Assembly (NCBI GenBank): GCA_963814875.1
Contig: CAWFFJ010000019.1
Coordinates: forward strand, 67,482 to 131,481
Reading direction: 5' to 3'
Source: an uncultured Acidobacteriota bacterium
Lineage (GTDB): Bacteria > Acidobacteriota > Thermoanaerobaculia > Thermoanaerobaculales > Sulfomarinibacteraceae
Length of the DNA stretch: 64,000 nucleotides
Translations under genes and position numbers: made by a program
The notes under the pieces: model-generated
The model's input: only the letters and a program-made list of their open reading frames with translations
Databases searched by the model: none
Told to the model about the DNA's origin: nothing
In this document: positions 35,339-47,273 of the stretch, piece after piece
How the letters are laid out: every line of letters begins with the position of its first letter
Numbering within the stretch: the first letter of the stretch is position 1

Positions 35339-38300
35339 ACCGACGCCAGTCCGCCCGCACCTCCTGGCGGAGCCTCGACGAGTTGGCCCAGACGCCGGAG
35401 TTTCAGCAGATGGTGAGCCGGGAGTTCCCCAACGACTCCTGGGACACCCTGCCTCCGGCGACCCGAAGGCAGTTCCTGAAGGTCATGGGCGCCTCGCTCG
35501 CGCTCGCCGGGCTCACCGCATGCCGCTGGCCGGAGGAGGAGATCGTCCCCTTCGCCCACCGCCCCGAGGACCGGGTGCCGGGCGAACCACGGCGGTTTGC
35601 CACCTCGTACGAGCTCGGCGGCGCCGCCTTCGGGCTCCTGCTGACCAGCAACGACGGTCGGCCGACGAAGGTCGAAGGCAACCCGCTCCACCCGGACAGC
35701 CTCGGCGCCGCCACGGCACAGCTCCAGGCAACGGTGCTCGAGGTCTGGGACCCCGACCGCAGCCGGACGCCGGTAGAACGCCGCAGTGGTCAGTCGGTTC
35801 CATCCGGCTGGACCCAGTGGGACGCGTTTGCCGGCGACCACTTCGCCGAGCTGCGCAAGGCTGGAGGCCGCGGCCTGGCGGTGCTCGCCGAGCCGTCGTC
35901 GTCTCCCACCCTGGCGAGGCTGCGGAGCCGGCTCCGCGAGGTGATGCCCGAGGCCGCGTGGATCGAGTACCAGGCGATCTCCCGCGATGCCGAGCGCGAG
36001 GCCACCCGGATGGCGTTCGGCCGGCCGCTGCGGCTGATCCCACGGCTTGACCGGGCGCGGGTGGTGGCCTGCATCGACGCCGACCCGCTGGTCGACCACC
36101 CGGCGGCGGTCGCGCTCGCCCGTCAGTTCGCCGGCCGCCGTCAGCCCGACCCGGCCAGGTTCAACCGGCTGTGGGTCGCGGAGGGCGGCTACACCAGCAC
36201 CGGAGCAGTCGCCGACCACCGGCTCGCTCTCGCAGCGAGCGCCGCGCCCCGCCTTCTCGCCGAGCTCGCCCGCGAGCTGGAATCGGTCCACGGAATCACA
36301 CTGCCCCGCGAGGCCGCGGGCCTCGCGAAAAGAACTCGAGCAGTACGCGCGAGCGAGACCGAGCACGCATTCATCGCCGGGCTCGCGCGCGACCTCGCCG
36401 CTGCGCGCGGCGAAGGCGTGATCCTCGTCGGCACTCGGCAGCCGCCCGCGGCGATCGCGCTCTCGCTGGCGCTGAACCATGCACTAGGTAACATCGGCGC
36501 AGGGGTGGCCCTGGTCGAGGACCCCGAGCCGGATCGTCCAACCCATCTCGAGGCGATCGCCCAACTGGCACGGCGTCTCGAGGCCGGTGAGGTCGGCACG
36601 CTCGTCGTGATCGGAGGCAACCCCGCCTACGATGCACCGGCCGATCTGAAGTTCGCGGACGCCATCGCCAAGGCAGCGACGGTCGTTCGGGTCAGCCTCA
36701 CCGCCGACGAAACCGCCGCCCTCGCCAACTGGCATCTCCCGATGGCGCACGCTTACGAGGCGTGGGGGGACGGACGCGCCTGGGACGGCACCCTGACCCT
36801 GCGCCAGCCCCTGATCGAACCCCTCTACGGCGGCCGCAGCGACCTCGAGCTGGTCGCCGCACTGCTCGGTGAAGCCAAGGTCAAGGGCTACGACCTCGTC
36901 CGGACAACCCACCTTTCGGCTGGCGGGCCCGACTTCGAGCGCTGGTGGCGGCGCGCGCTGCATGACGGCGTCGTCGACGGCACCGCGTGGTCCGAGGTCA
37001 CGCGGGCGGCCCTCGACCCGGAGGGCCTGGATGCTGCGGCGACCGCCTACGACACCTTGCTCACCGCTCCCGGCCCCTCGGCCCAGGCCCCGGAGCTCGT
37101 CCTGGTCGCCGACCCTCGGGTCCGCGACGGGCGCTTCGCCAACCTGGGCTGGCTCCAGGAGCTGCCCGATGCGTTCACCAAGATCACCTGGGACAACGCG
37201 CTCCTGGCGTCGCCCGCAACCGCCCGCGAGCTCGGCCTGGCCGACGGCGAGGTGGTCGCGGTCTCCTCCGGTGGGGTCTCGGTCGAGCTGCCGCTGTACG
37301 TCGTTCCCGGCGCTGCGCGCTACTGCCTCACCGCGTCCCTCGGCTACGGACGCACCCGGGCTGGCGAGGTCGGCACCGGCGTCGGCGTCGATCTCTACCC
37401 GATGCGCACCACCGCCCGGCCACACCTGCTCACCAGCGTGTCGGTCCGCGGCACCGGCCGCCGAGAACGGCTTGCCACGACCCAGGATCACTTTGCGATC
37501 GACCGCCGCGGCTTCGAGGCGCGCAACCTGCGCATTGGCGAGCTCGCCCGGGAAGCGTCTCTCGACGAGTACCTCGCCGACCCCGAGGTCATCCACCACG
37601 AGGACCACCATCCGCCCCTGGTCTCGCTGTGGCGCGAGCACACCTACGAGGGCGAGCAGTGGGGCATGGCGATCGACCTCGGCAGCTGTATCGGCTGCAA
37701 CGCCTGCATCGTCGCCTGCCAGGCGGAGAACAACATCCCGGTGGTCGGCCGCCAGCAGGTCATCAACCAGCGCGAGATGCAGTGGATCCGCCTCGACCGC
37801 TACTTCCGCACCCCCGAGGGTCTCGGCCCCGACGAGGTCGACGACGCCGAGGTCGCCTTCCAGCCGGTCGCATGCGTCCAGTGCGAGATGGCCCCGTGCG
37901 AGCAGGTGTGCCCGGTCGCGGCGACCCAGCACACCAACGACGGCCTCAACGCGATGGTCTACAACCGCTGCGTCGGCACCCGCTACTGCTCCAACAACTG
38001 CCCGTTCAAGGTCCGGCGGTTCAACTTCTTCAACTACCACAAGCATCTGACCACGATCGAGCAGATGCAGTACAACCCCGACGTCACAGTCCGCTCGCGC
38101 GGCGTGATGGAGAAGTGCACCTACTGCGTCCAGCGCATCGAGGCCGTGCGCATCACGGCAAAGAACGACCGTCGCCCGATCGCGGACGGTGAGATCGTCC
38201 CCGCCTGCGCCCAGACCTGTCCGAGCCGGGCGATCGTGTTCGGCAACCTCAACGACCCGACCAGCGAGGTCGCGCGTCTGCGCGAGGACCACCGCGCGTA

Positions 38301-38403
38301 CGCCACCCTCGCCGAGCTCAACATCAAGCCGCGCACCCACTACCTCGCGCGCCTGCGCAACCCGGCCGGCGGTGCCGGGCACCACGGGGAGGAGTCGGCG
38401 TGA
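35326..38403 (+). CDS. actB: Alternative Complex III subunit ActB (molybdopterin-oxidoreductase-like plus 4Fe-4S domain, fused B1-B2)
   Basis: ORF 35176..38403 trimmed to ATG 35326. It has a Tat signal ([21 protein letters not shown]). The C-terminal ferredoxin-like Cys clusters are [37 protein letters not shown] and CTYC.... Confidence 0.92.
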
Positions 38404-39890
38404 GCACCCTGAGCCCGACCGCGCGAGAACCGCTCGCCTACCTCGACAACACGACCAACGACCCGACCCATCGGGCGCCGCTGATCGTCGGGGACAACGA
38501 CTTCAACTCGATAACCAGCACCGTCTGTGGCATCGTCGAGCGCAAGACGCCCAGAGCGTGGTGGATCGCCTTCGCCATCGCCTCCAGCGGGACCGCGATC
38601 CTGGTCTCGATGGTCACCTACCTGATCTCGACCGGAGTCGGAGTGTGGGGCCTCAACATTCCGGTCGCCTGGGGCTTCGCGATCGTCAACTTCGTCTTCT
38701 GGGTCGGCATCGGCCACGCCGGCACGTTGATCTCGGCAATCCTGTTCCTGCTCCGGCAGAAGTGGCGGACCTCGATCAACCGCTTCGCCGAGGCGATGAC
38801 CATCTTCGCCGTCGCCTGCGCGGGGATGTTCCCCGCGATCCACGTCGGCCGCGTCTGGGTCGCCTACTGGCTGTTCCCGATCCCCAACCAGATGCGGATG
38901 TGGCCCAACTTCCGCAGCCCGCTGCTGTGGGACGTGTTCGCGGTCTCGACCTATGCCATCGTCTCGGCCCTGTTCTGGTACATGGGCATGATTCCCGACC
39001 TCGCCACGGTGCGCGACCGGGCTCGGACCAAGGTCCGTCAGATCATCTACGGCGTCCTGGCCATGGGCTGGCGTGGTTCGAACCGCCACTGGCACCGCTT
39101 CGAGATGGCCTACCTGCTGCTCGCGGCCCTGGCGACGCCGCTGGTGCTGAGCGTGCACTCGGTGGTCAGCTTCGACTTCGCCGTCGCGCAGCTCCCCGGC
39201 TGGCACTCCACGATCTTTCCGCCCTACTTCGTCGCCGGCGCGATCTTCTCCGGGTTCGCGATGGTGATCACCCTGGTCATCCCCACCCGGGCGATCTTCG
39301 GTCTCCACGAGATCATCACCGCTCGGCACCTCGAGAACATGGCGAAGATCCTGCTCGCGACCGGCATGATGGTCGGGTTCGGCTACTCGACCGAGTTCTT
39401 CATCGCCTGGTACAGCGGCAACCCCTACGAGGGCTTCACCTTCCTCAACCGCGCCTTCGGCCCCTACGCCTGGGCCTACTGGATCATGGTCACGTGCAAC
39501 GTGCTCGTGCCGCAGATCTTCTGGTCGGCCAGAGCGCGCCGCAGCGTGGTCGTGCTGTGGATCGCGTCGGTCCTGGTCAACGTTGGCATGTGGTTCGAGC
39601 GCTTCGTGATCGTCGTCAGCTCCCTGAGCCGTGACTACCTGCCGTCGAGCTGGGGCTACTACACTCCGACCTGGGTCGACCTTCTCACGCTGTTCGGCTC
39701 GTTCGGCCTCTTCTTCACCCTGTTCCTGCTCTTCATCCGCTTCGCGCCGATGATCGGCATGGCCGAGGTCAAGGGCGTGATGCCGAGCGCGCACTTCGAA
39801 CGCGACGGGCATCGAGGTCACGGCGATTACCACGGCGAGATTCCCTCGCACCATCAGTTCGTCAGCTTCGTCAAGGAGGAGTCGTCGTGA
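38400..39890 (+). CDS. actC: Alternative Complex III subunit ActC (NrfD/PsrC-like quinol-interacting membrane subunit)
   Basis: Polytopic membrane protein of 496 aa with NrfD-like motifs ([34 protein letters not shown]). The GTG start overlaps the actB stop. Confidence 0.9.
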   Translation: MSTLSPTAREPLAYLDNTTNDPTHRAPLIVGDNDFNSITSTVCGIVERKTPRAWWIAFAIASSGTAILVSMVTYLISTGVGVWGLNIPVAWGFAIVNFVFWVGIGHAGTLISAILFLLRQKWRTSINRFAEAMTIFAVACAGMFPAIHVGRVWVAYWLFPIPNQMRMWPNFRSPLLWDVFAVSTYAIVSALFWYMGMIPDLATVRDRARTKVRQIIYGVLAMGWRGSNRHWHRFEMAYLLLAALATPLVLSVHSVVSFDFAVAQLPGWHSTIFPPYFVAGAIFSGFAMVITLVIPTRAIFGLHEIITARHLENMAKILLATGMMVGFGYSTEFFIAWYSGNPYEGFTFLNRAFGPYAWAYWIMVTCNVLVPQIFWSARARRSVVVLWIASVLVNVGMWFERFVIVVSSLSRDYLPSSWGYYTPTWVDLLTLFGSFGLFFTLFLLFIRFAPMIGMAEVKGVMPSAHFERDGHRGHGDYHGEIPSHHQFVSFVKEESS

Positions 39891-40465
39891 GCGACCAGAC
39901 CTCTGCGACCACGCGAGCCGAGAGCACTCCCACGACCTACGGCTACATCGTCGAGTTCGACGACATCGACCTATTCCTCAACTCCGTCGAGAAGGTCCGG
40001 GACGCCGGCTTCACGCGCTGGGACGCCCACACGCCCTTCGTGGTCCACGGCCTCGACGACGCAATGGGCATCAAGCCGACCATTCTGCCGTACCTGGTGT
40101 TCGGGGGCGGTCTCACGGGGACCCTCGCCGGCATCGGGCTCCAGTGGTGGACCAACGCCGTCGACTACCCGTTCCTGATCAGCGGCAAACCCTACTTCAG
40201 CCTGCCCGCCAACATTCCGATCGCCTTCGAGATGACGATCCTGTTCGCAGCGCTGACGAGCCTGATCGGTATGCTCGCGTTGAACGGGCTGCCCCAGCTG
40301 CACCACCCGCTGTTTACGAGCCGGCGCTTCAGGCGGGTGACCAACGACCGTTTCTTCATCTCGGTCGAGGCCGACGACCCGATGTTCAACGACCGTGCCA
40401 CCCCCGAATTTTTGGCCTCCCTCGGCGGGCTCGCCGTCGAGCGGGTTGACGAGGAGGCGGAATGA
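39887..40465 (+). CDS. actD: Alternative Complex III subunit ActD (DUF3341)
   Basis: [44 protein letters not shown] is followed by two TM helices. The position in the operon fits. It has a 4-nt overlap with actC. Confidence 0.85.
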   Translation: MSDQTSATTRAESTPTTYGYIVEFDDIDLFLNSVEKVRDAGFTRWDAHTPFVVHGLDDAMGIKPTILPYLVFGGGLTGTLAGIGLQWWTNAVDYPFLISGKPYFSLPANIPIAFEMTILFAALTSLIGMLALNGLPQLHHPLFTSRRFRRVTNDRFFISVEADDPMFNDRATPEFLASLGGLAVERVDEEAE

Positions 40466-41109
40466 AGCTCCCCCGTTGGCTCACCTACTCGGTGGCCGTG
40501 GTCGTGGCCCTGTCCTGGATCCCGCTGGCGATGATCGCCCGCGCTCGGGTGACGACGAGCCCGAAGACCCGCCTCCACGTCGTACCCGACATGGACAGCC
40601 AGCCCAAGTTCAAGGCCCAGGCGCGCAACCTGCTGTTCGCCGACCTGCGCTCGATGCGCCCCGATCCTCCCGGCACGGTCGCCAGGGGCGAACTCGACGA
40701 GGACGACGCCACCTACCGGGGCAAACAGGGAGATGAGTGGATCACGACGATTCCGGTCCCGGTCACTGGCGCGCTGCTGGCGCGAGGACGCCAGCGCTTC
40801 GACATCTACTGCTCACCGTGCCACGGCCTCGCCGGTTACGGCGACGGCATGGTGGCGAAGCGTGCCGAGGCGCTCCAGGAGGGTACCTGGACGCCGCCGT
40901 CGTCGTTCCACACCGACCTCGTCAGGTCGCGCCCGGTCGGCCACATCTTCAACACCATCACCCACGGAATTCGCAACATGCCCGCCTACGGGCCGCAGAT
41001 CCCGGTCGCCGATCGCTGGGCCATCGTGTCCTACGTCCGGGCGCTCCAGCGTAGCCAGAATGCCACCGTCGCCGACGTCCCGCCCGATCTGCGGGCGCAG
41101 CTGCGCTGA
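40462..41109 (+). CDS. actE: Alternative Complex III subunit ActE (monoheme cytochrome c)
   Basis: An N-terminal TM helix, a single CSPCH motif and a downstream Met (NMPAYG). It overlaps the actD stop (ATGA). Confidence 0.85.
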   Translation: MKLPRWLTYSVAVVVALSWIPLAMIARARVTTSPKTRLHVVPDMDSQPKFKAQARNLLFADLRSMRPDPPGTVARGELDEDDATYRGKQGDEWITTIPVPVTGALLARGRQRFDIYCSPCHGLAGYGDGMVAKRAEALQEGTWTPPSSFHTDLVRSRPVGHIFNTITHGIRNMPAYGPQIPVADRWAIVSYVRALQRSQNATVADVPPDLRAQLR

Positions 41110-41124
41110 GGGGGAAGGCAGACC

Positions 41125-42345
41125 ATGGATCGCCACGCTGTGGACACCATCGAGATCCCGGAGAGCCAGATCCGCATGGACGGGCTCGCAGCCCGGGTCG
41201 CGCGTTGGGCGGCCGTCGCCGCGGTGGTCGGGATCGCAGGCTCGCTCGCCCTCTCGCTCTCCGGCGAAGGCGGGCTCGACCGCTGGCTCTCCAGCTACCT
41301 GGTGAGCTTCGCCTTCCTGCTCAGCCTGTGCCTCGGCGCGCTCTTCTTCGTCATGCTCCAGCACGTCACCCGAGCGGGATGGAGCGTGGTCGTGCGTCGT
41401 ATCGCCGAGGGGGTGGCGGCCAACGTCGACCTCATGGCGGTGCTCGCCATTCCAGTGGTGCTGGGCCTCGGCCGCCTCTATCACTGGGCGCACACCGACG
41501 CGGTCGCGACCGATCCCCTCCTCTCCGGCAAGGCCGGCTACCTCAACCCGCCCTTCTTCGTGGTCCGCTTGGTCCTCTACTTCGCGATCTGGATCCTTCT
41601 GTCCCGCCTCCTGCTCTCGCGCTCAACCGCCCAGGACGGCAGCGGCGAGCCGCGGTTGACGATCAGGATGGAGAAGATCTCGGCGCCGGGGCTGGTGCTG
41701 TTCGCGCTGAGCACCAACTTCGCCGCCTTCGACCTCCTGATGTCGCTCGACCCCCACTGGTTCTCGACCATCTTCGGGGTCTACTACTTCAGCGCCGGTG
41801 TCGTCGGGTTCTTCGCCGCGTTGGCGATCCTCCTCTACTGGCTGCAACGTCGCGGCCGACTCGTCGATGTCGTGAGCTCGGAGCACTACCACGAGGTCGG
41901 CAAGCTGATGTTCGCCTTCACGGTGTTCTGGGCCTACATCGCCTTCAGCCAGTACATGCTGATCTGGTACGGCAACATCCCCGAGGAGACCGAGTGGTTC
42001 CTCAAGCGCCAGGCCGGCGACTGGGCATGGGTCAGCGTCGCGCTGTTGTTCGGCCACTTCCTGCTGCCCTTCTTGGCCTTGATCTCGCGTCCGCCCAAGC
42101 GCCACCCCGCTGCGCTCGCGGCGATCGCCGTCTGGGTCGTCGCAGCCTGCTGGCTCGACATCTACTGGCTGGTGGTCCCCGAGTTCAGCCCGGGGGTCGC
42201 GCGTTTCGGCGCCATCGACGTGCTCTGCTTCCTCGGCCTCGCCGGGACCTGGACCGCGGTCCTCGCCTGGCGCTTAGGCCGGCGAGAGCTGGTGCCGAGG
42301 AGCGATCCGCGTCTGGGCGAGTCACTCGCGTTCGAGAGCGCCTGA
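41125..42345 (+). CDS. actF: Alternative Complex III subunit ActF (ActC-like membrane subunit)
   Basis: 406-aa polytopic membrane protein at the canonical position after actE. The overlapping 482-aa ORF 41205..42653 is an Arg/Pro-rich out-of-frame shadow. Confidence 0.85.
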   Translation: MDRHAVDTIEIPESQIRMDGLAARVARWAAVAAVVGIAGSLALSLSGEGGLDRWLSSYLVSFAFLLSLCLGALFFVMLQHVTRAGWSVVVRRIAEGVAANVDLMAVLAIPVVLGLGRLYHWAHTDAVATDPLLSGKAGYLNPPFFVVRLVLYFAIWILLSRLLLSRSTAQDGSGEPRLTIRMEKISAPGLVLFALSTNFAAFDLLMSLDPHWFSTIFGVYYFSAGVVGFFAALAILLYWLQRRGRLVDVVSSEHYHEVGKLMFAFTVFWAYIAFSQYMLIWYGNIPEETEWFLKRQAGDWAWVSVALLFGHFLLPFLALISRPPKRHPAALAAIAVWVVAACWLDIYWLVVPEFSPGVARFGAIDVLCFLGLAGTWTAVLAWRLGRRELVPRSDPRLGESLAFESA

Positions 42346-42356
42346 CGGGAGGGACG

Positions 42357-42653
42357 ATGCGTTACGACGACCCCAACGTCCCACGCAGCGCGGTCGCCGG
42401 CCTGATCGGAGCGGTGCTGCTGTTCGTCATCATCGTCTTCCTGCAGGCCCTGTTCTTCCGCATGGAGCGCGCGGAGGTCGTGCGCAAGGTCGACAGCCAG
42501 CAGAACGACGCGCTGGCCCGTCTCCGGGCCGATCAGCAGGAGCTTCTCAACTCCTACCACATGGTCGATCCGAAGGCCGGCGTCGTGCGGATTCCGATCG
42601 AGAGGGCGATGGAGATCGAGGTCGCGGAATCGCAGAGCGCCCAGTCCCGTTGA
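42357..42653 (+). CDS. small single-TM membrane protein (possible ActG-position subunit)
   Basis: MRYDDPNVPRSAVAGLIGAVLLFVIIVFLQALFFRMERAEVV..., 98 aa. GGGAGGG lies 4 nt upstream of the ATG. It is the in-frame tail of shadow ORF 41205..42653. No family is recognised. Confidence 0.55.
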   Translation: MRYDDPNVPRSAVAGLIGAVLLFVIIVFLQALFFRMERAEVVRKVDSQQNDALARLRADQQELLNSYHMVDPKAGVVRIPIERAMEIEVAESQSAQSR

Positions 42654-42684
42654 AGCGGTTCAAGAAGGGTAGGAGTTTGGCCAG

Positions 42685-43530
42685 ATGAAGAGAACGGGAC
42701 GCATAGCTGCTCTCATCCTTACCATGATCGCGCTCACCGCCGCGCCACCGCTGCACGCGCAGCGCGCCGAGCCGGTGCCCAAGGAGCTCCAAGACGTCAA
42801 GGTCATCGAGCATCCGGACGTGGCGCTGCCGCTCGACGCCCAGTTCGTCGACGAGAACGGCAACACGGTCAGGCTCGGGGACTTCTTCTCCGGCGACCGG
42901 CCGGTGATCCTGACCCTGAACTACTACGAGTGTCCGATGCTGTGCGGTCTCCAGCTCAACGGGCTGGTGGATGGCCTCGACGGGCTCGACTGGACTCCTG
43001 GGGACCAGTTCGAGATCGTCACGATCTCGATCAACCCGCTCGAGACGCCGACCCTCGCCAAGCTCAAGAAGCAGAATTACATCAAGCACTACGGCCGACC
43101 CAAGGCGGCGGCCGGCTGGCACTTCCTGACCGGTCGCGAGAGCGACATCCGCCGGGTCGCCGACACCGTCGGATTCGGCTACCGCTACGACCCCGAGGCC
43201 AAGCAGTACGCCCACCCCGCAGTCATGTTCGTGGCCACACCCGCGGGGCACGTCGCGCGCTACCTCTACGGCATCGAGCTGCCGACCAAGACGTTGCGCC
43301 TGGCGCTGGTCGAAGCGGCCAAGGGCAAGGTGGGCAGCGCCATCGACCAGATCGTGCTCTACTGCTACCACTACGACCCCAGCACCCACCGCTACGCACC
43401 GGTAGCGATGAACATCATGCGCCTCGGAGGAGGCGCCACTCTGGCCATCTTCGGAACGTCCCTGCTCGCCTTCTGGGTCCGGGACGGCCGCAAACGACGC
43501 AGCACCGACGGTGGCAACGAGCGGACCTGA
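42685..43530 (+). CDS. SCO1/SenC copper chaperone (thioredoxin fold)
   Basis: A signal/TM segment is followed by PVILTLNYYECPMLCGLQLNG (CxxxC) and a downstream His (QYAHPAVMFV). A C-terminal TM helix is present. SD AGGAG lies upstream. Confidence 0.85.
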   Translation: MKRTGRIAALILTMIALTAAPPLHAQRAEPVPKELQDVKVIEHPDVALPLDAQFVDENGNTVRLGDFFSGDRPVILTLNYYECPMLCGLQLNGLVDGLDGLDWTPGDQFEIVTISINPLETPTLAKLKKQNYIKHYGRPKAAAGWHFLTGRESDIRRVADTVGFGYRYDPEAKQYAHPAVMFVATPAGHVARYLYGIELPTKTLRLALVEAAKGKVGSAIDQIVLYCYHYDPSTHRYAPVAMNIMRLGGGATLAIFGTSLLAFWVRDGRKRRSTDGGNERT

Positions 43531-43692
43531 CCGCCGTGGAATGGAATCGCGGAACTGGGGTTTGAGTCAGCACAATCGAGCGACCGCAGCGCGACCCGGG
43601 CCGAGGTGGCCGGTGAGCCATGAACCGGCCTCGGCGCCGCCTGAAGTGGGCCGGCTCGCGGTCACACCACAGGGGAAGAGGTCTGGGGGGTC

Positions 43693-44688
43693 ATGACGTA
43701 CAACCTCGTTGCCGGCCTGCTGTCAGCCGCAGACGCGCTGCAGCCGCAGCCCAAGAAGCCCTCGTTCTGGATGCCGCCGCAGGTGTCGACGTTCGCTGCC
43801 AACGTCGACTGGCTGTTCATGGTCATCCTCGGCATCTCAGTCTTCTTCTTCGTGCTCATCGTGGCGCTGATGATCGTCTTCGTCATCCGCTACCGCCACC
43901 GGGAAGGGCACGTCGCGGAGGCTTCGCCGACTCACAACCTCCCGCTCGAGGTGGTGTGGACAGCGATCCCGGTCGCCGTTGTGATGGTCATCTTCTATCT
44001 CGGTTTCACCAGCTACCTCGACATGGCGACGCCGCCGGCGAACGCCTACGAGGTCCGGGTCGAAGGCCAGAAGTGGAAGTGGACCTTCACCTACCCCAAC
44101 GGCTACGTGGACGAGAACCTCCACGTCCCGGTCGACCGCCCGATTCGACTCGTCATGTCATCCGCGGACGTCATCCACAGCCTCTACGTACCGGCCTTCC
44201 GGATCAAGCGCGACGTGGTGCCCGGTCGCTACTCGAAGGAGTGGTTCCAGGCCACCACCCCCGGCGAGTACGACGTGTTCTGTGCCGAGTACTGCGGCAC
44301 GGGGCACTCCGACATGCTCGCCCATGTCATCGTCCACCCGCCCGGTGAGTTCGAGCAGTGGCTGGAGAAGGCGTCCAACTTCCTCGACACCATGACGCCG
44401 GTCGAGGCCGGCCGCAAACTCTACCAGGTGCGCGGCTGCCAGCAGTGCCACTCCGTCGACGGCACCGCCAAGGTCGGCCCGTCCTTCAAGGGCATCTTCG
44501 GCGAGCCGCAGGCGCTCAGCAACGGCAGCAAGGTCACGGTCGACGAGAACTACATCCGCGAGTCGATCCTCGAGCCTCAGGCGAAGGTCGTGGCCGGCTT
44601 CGAACCGGTGATGCCAACCTACCAGGGCCGCCTCAAGGACCCCGAGATCGACGCGCTCATCCAGTACATCAAGTCGCTGGCGAAGTGA
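43693..44688 (+). CDS. ctaC: cytochrome c oxidase subunit II with fused C-terminal cytochrome c (caa3 type)
   Basis: Two TM helices, the CuA site (HSLYVPAF...[12 protein letters not shown]) and a C-terminal CQQCH heme-c domain. Confidence 0.92.
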   Translation: MTYNLVAGLLSAADALQPQPKKPSFWMPPQVSTFAANVDWLFMVILGISVFFFVLIVALMIVFVIRYRHREGHVAEASPTHNLPLEVVWTAIPVAVVMVIFYLGFTSYLDMATPPANAYEVRVEGQKWKWTFTYPNGYVDENLHVPVDRPIRLVMSSADVIHSLYVPAFRIKRDVVPGRYSKEWFQATTPGEYDVFCAEYCGTGHSDMLAHVIVHPPGEFEQWLEKASNFLDTMTPVEAGRKLYQVRGCQQCHSVDGTAKVGPSFKGIFGEPQALSNGSKVTVDENYIRESILEPQAKVVAGFEPVMPTYQGRLKDPEIDALIQYIKSLAK

Positions 44689-44702
44689 CCGGGGGAGGAA
44701 GC

Positions 44703-46406
44703 ATGGCCACCGCGGACCCCGCCCTGACCGACAATCGGCTCCTTCATGAGAAAGAGTCCGGTGAGAGCTACCTGACCCACGGCAAGGGCATTCGGTCATG
44801 GCTGCTGACCCTCGACCACAAACGCATCGGGGTGATGTACCTGATGTTCATCCTCGCCTCCTTCCTGCTCGGCGGGATCTTCGCCCTCCTGGTGCGCACC
44901 GAGCTGCTCACCCCGGGGCGGACCATCATGGACGCCGACACCTACAACAAGATGTTCACCCTGCACGGCGCGGTGATGATCTTCCTGTTCATCATCCCCG
45001 GCATTCCGGCGGCGCTCGGCAACTTCGTGCTCCCGCTCATGCTCGGCGCCAAGGACGTCGCGCTGCCGCGGCTCAACCTGGCGAGCCTCTACTGCTGGAT
45101 CAGCGGAGCGATCCTCGCCCTGGTCTCGATCACGGTCGGAGCGATCGACACCGGTTGGACCTTCTACACGCCCTACTCGACGACCACCGGAACGGCGGTG
45201 ATCTGGATGGTGCTGGGGGTGTTCATCCTCGGCTTCAGCTCGATCTTCACCGGCCTCAACTTCATCGTGACGATCCACAAGATGCGGCCCGAAGGGATGA
45301 CCTGGTTCCGCATGCCGCTGCTGCTGTGGGGCCTGTACGCCACCGCGATCATCCAGGTCCTGGCGACGCCGGTGCTCGCGATCACGCTGCTGCTGCTGGT
45401 CGCCGAGCGGACGCTGGGGGTCGGGATCTTCGACCCCGCGCTGGGCGGCGATCCGGTGCTCTTCCAGCACTTCTTCTGGTTCTACTCACACCCCGCCGTG
45501 TACATCATGATCCTGCCCGCGATGGGTGTGATGAGCGAGGTCATCTCGACCTTCTCCCGCAAGCACATCTTCGGCTACCGCTTCATCGCCTACTCGTCGA
45601 TCGCGATCGCCATCCTCAGCTTCCTGGTGTGGGGTCACCACATGTTCGTCAGCGGCCAGTCGGGCCTCGCCAACATGATCTTCTCGGCCCTCACCTTCTC
45701 GGTCGCGATCCCGTCGGCGGTGAAGGTCTTCAACTGGATCGCGACCATGTACAAGGGCTCGATCCGTCTCGACGCACCGATGATCTACGCGCTCGCCTTC
45801 CTCTTCCTGTTCGCGATCGGCGGCCTCACGGGGCTCTTCCTCGGCGCGCTCGCCACCGACATCCACCTCCACGACACTTACTTCGTCGTCGCGCACTTCC
45901 ACTACGTGATGTTCGGCGGCACCGTGATCGCGTTTCTATCGGGATTGCACTACTGGTGGCCCAAGATGTTCGGGAAGATGTACTCCGAGCGCTGGGCGCG
46001 GGTGGCCGCGCTGCTCATCTTCGTCGGCTTCAACCTGACCTTCTTCACCCAGTTCGTCATGGGCAGCCACGGCATGCCGCGGCGCTACTACAACTACCTG
46101 CCCCAGTTCACCGTCTACCACCAGGCGTCCTCCGTCGGCTCCTACATCCTCGCTCTCGGCTTCGTGGTCATGGCCGTCTACCTCCTGCACTCGCTCGTGC
46201 GCGGCGAGCGCGCACCGCGCAACCCCTGGGGGGCCGCCACCCTGGAGTGGGAGACCAGCTCGCCGCCGCCGGCGCACAACTTCGACCACGACATGCTCGC
46301 CGGCGATCCCTATGACATCGACGCCCTGGTGTGGGACCCGACGCAAAAGGGCTATGTGCGGCGGGATCCCTTGTCAGTCCTGCTCCATCCCGCGGAGGCC
46401 CGCTGA
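44703..46406 (+). CDS. ctaD: cytochrome c oxidase subunit I
   Basis: ORF 44358..46406 trimmed to ATG 44703 ([20 protein letters not shown]...). Heme-copper oxidase motifs are present: [23 protein letters not shown] and VWGHHMF. Confidence 0.95.
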   Translation: MATADPALTDNRLLHEKESGESYLTHGKGIRSWLLTLDHKRIGVMYLMFILASFLLGGIFALLVRTELLTPGRTIMDADTYNKMFTLHGAVMIFLFIIPGIPAALGNFVLPLMLGAKDVALPRLNLASLYCWISGAILALVSITVGAIDTGWTFYTPYSTTTGTAVIWMVLGVFILGFSSIFTGLNFIVTIHKMRPEGMTWFRMPLLLWGLYATAIIQVLATPVLAITLLLLVAERTLGVGIFDPALGGDPVLFQHFFWFYSHPAVYIMILPAMGVMSEVISTFSRKHIFGYRFIAYSSIAIAILSFLVWGHHMFVSGQSGLANMIFSALTFSVAIPSAVKVFNWIATMYKGSIRLDAPMIYALAFLFLFAIGGLTGLFLGALATDIHLHDTYFVVAHFHYVMFGGTVIAFLSGLHYWWPKMFGKMYSERWARVAALLIFVGFNLTFFTQFVMGSHGMPRRYYNYLPQFTVYHQASSVGSYILALGFVVMAVYLLHSLVRGERAPRNPWGAATLEWETSSPPPAHNFDHDMLAGDPYDIDALVWDPTQKGYVRRDPLSVLLHPAEAR

Positions 46407-47263
46407 TGTCCGCCGAGGCCACCGCCCCCGACAGCCACCACGATCCGAACGTGGCCCACCACTTCGAGAACGCCGAGCAGCAGTTCGAGTCGGCCAACCT
46501 CGGCATGTGGATCTTCCTGGCCACCGAGATCCTGTTCTTCGGGGGATTGTTCTGCGCCTACACGGTGTACCGAGCCAACCACCCCGAGGTCTTCGTCTTC
46601 GCCCATGCTTTCCTCGACAAGAAGCTCGGCGCCCTCAACACGGCCGTCCTGATCTGCAGCTCGTTCACCATGGCCTGGGCGGTGCGCGCAGCCCAGCTCC
46701 GCCAGATCCGCATCCTCAAGCTGATGTTGTGGTTGACGATCCTGTTCGCGTTCGGATTCCTCGGCGTGAAGTACACCGAGTACAGCCACAAGTGGCACCA
46801 CGGTCTGCTGTGGGCCCGTCAGTACCACCCCGACGCCGAGATCCTCGCCGAGGTCGAGGGCGAGGCCGGCCAAAGTACAGCTTCCTCAGCCCAGGTGCCG
46901 TCAGAGCCCGCACCGCCGCCCCCGGCGGCGACGGCTCCTGCAGGCGATGCTGCGGACGTGTCGAAGATCCCGCCCGCCGCGGTCGGTCCGGCTGGTCTGG
47001 CCGTGCCCGGCGAGAAGGTCCACACCATCGTCCCCGAGCCAAAGAAGGCGCAGATCTTCTTCAGCATCTACTTCCTGATGACGGGGCTGCACGGCGTCCA
47101 CGTCGTGCTCGGCATCGGCGCCATGCTCTGGCTCCTGATGTGCGCTAGTCGGGGCGACTTCGCCGGCGGACATTTCACCCGGGTCCACATGGTCGGCCTC
47201 TATTGGCACCTGGTTGACCTCATCTGGATCTACCTGTTCCTGCTCCTGTACCTGATCCACTGA
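46406..47263 (+). CDS. ctaE: cytochrome c oxidase subunit III (with long Pro/Ala-rich loop insertion)
   Basis: ATG 46406 overlaps the ctaD stop (TGATG). Motifs: HHFENAEQQFESANLGMWIFLATEILFFGGLF and YFLMTGLHGVHVVLG...GLYWHLVDLIWIYLF. A low-complexity segment of ~75 aa sits at about 46826-47050. Confidence 0.9.
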   Translation: MSAEATAPDSHHDPNVAHHFENAEQQFESANLGMWIFLATEILFFGGLFCAYTVYRANHPEVFVFAHAFLDKKLGALNTAVLICSSFTMAWAVRAAQLRQIRILKLMLWLTILFAFGFLGVKYTEYSHKWHHGLLWARQYHPDAEILAEVEGEAGQSTASSAQVPSEPAPPPPAATAPAGDAADVSKIPPAAVGPAGLAVPGEKVHTIVPEPKKAQIFFSIYFLMTGLHGVHVVLGIGAMLWLLMCASRGDFAGGHFTRVHMVGLYWHLVDLIWIYLFLLLYLIH

Positions 47264-47273
47264 GGAGACGACG

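Noticed and set aside
36484-39854. Long minus-strand ORFs (633 aa at 36484..38385 and 504 aa at 38340..39854) opposite actB and actC.
   Set aside because: They have no motifs and a biased composition. The plus-strand genes have unambiguous family signatures.
41205-42653. A 482-aa plus ORF overlapping actF.
   Set aside because: It is an Arg/Pro-rich out-of-frame shadow of the ActF membrane protein. Only its last 98 codons (from ATG 42357, with a strong SD) look like a real small gene.
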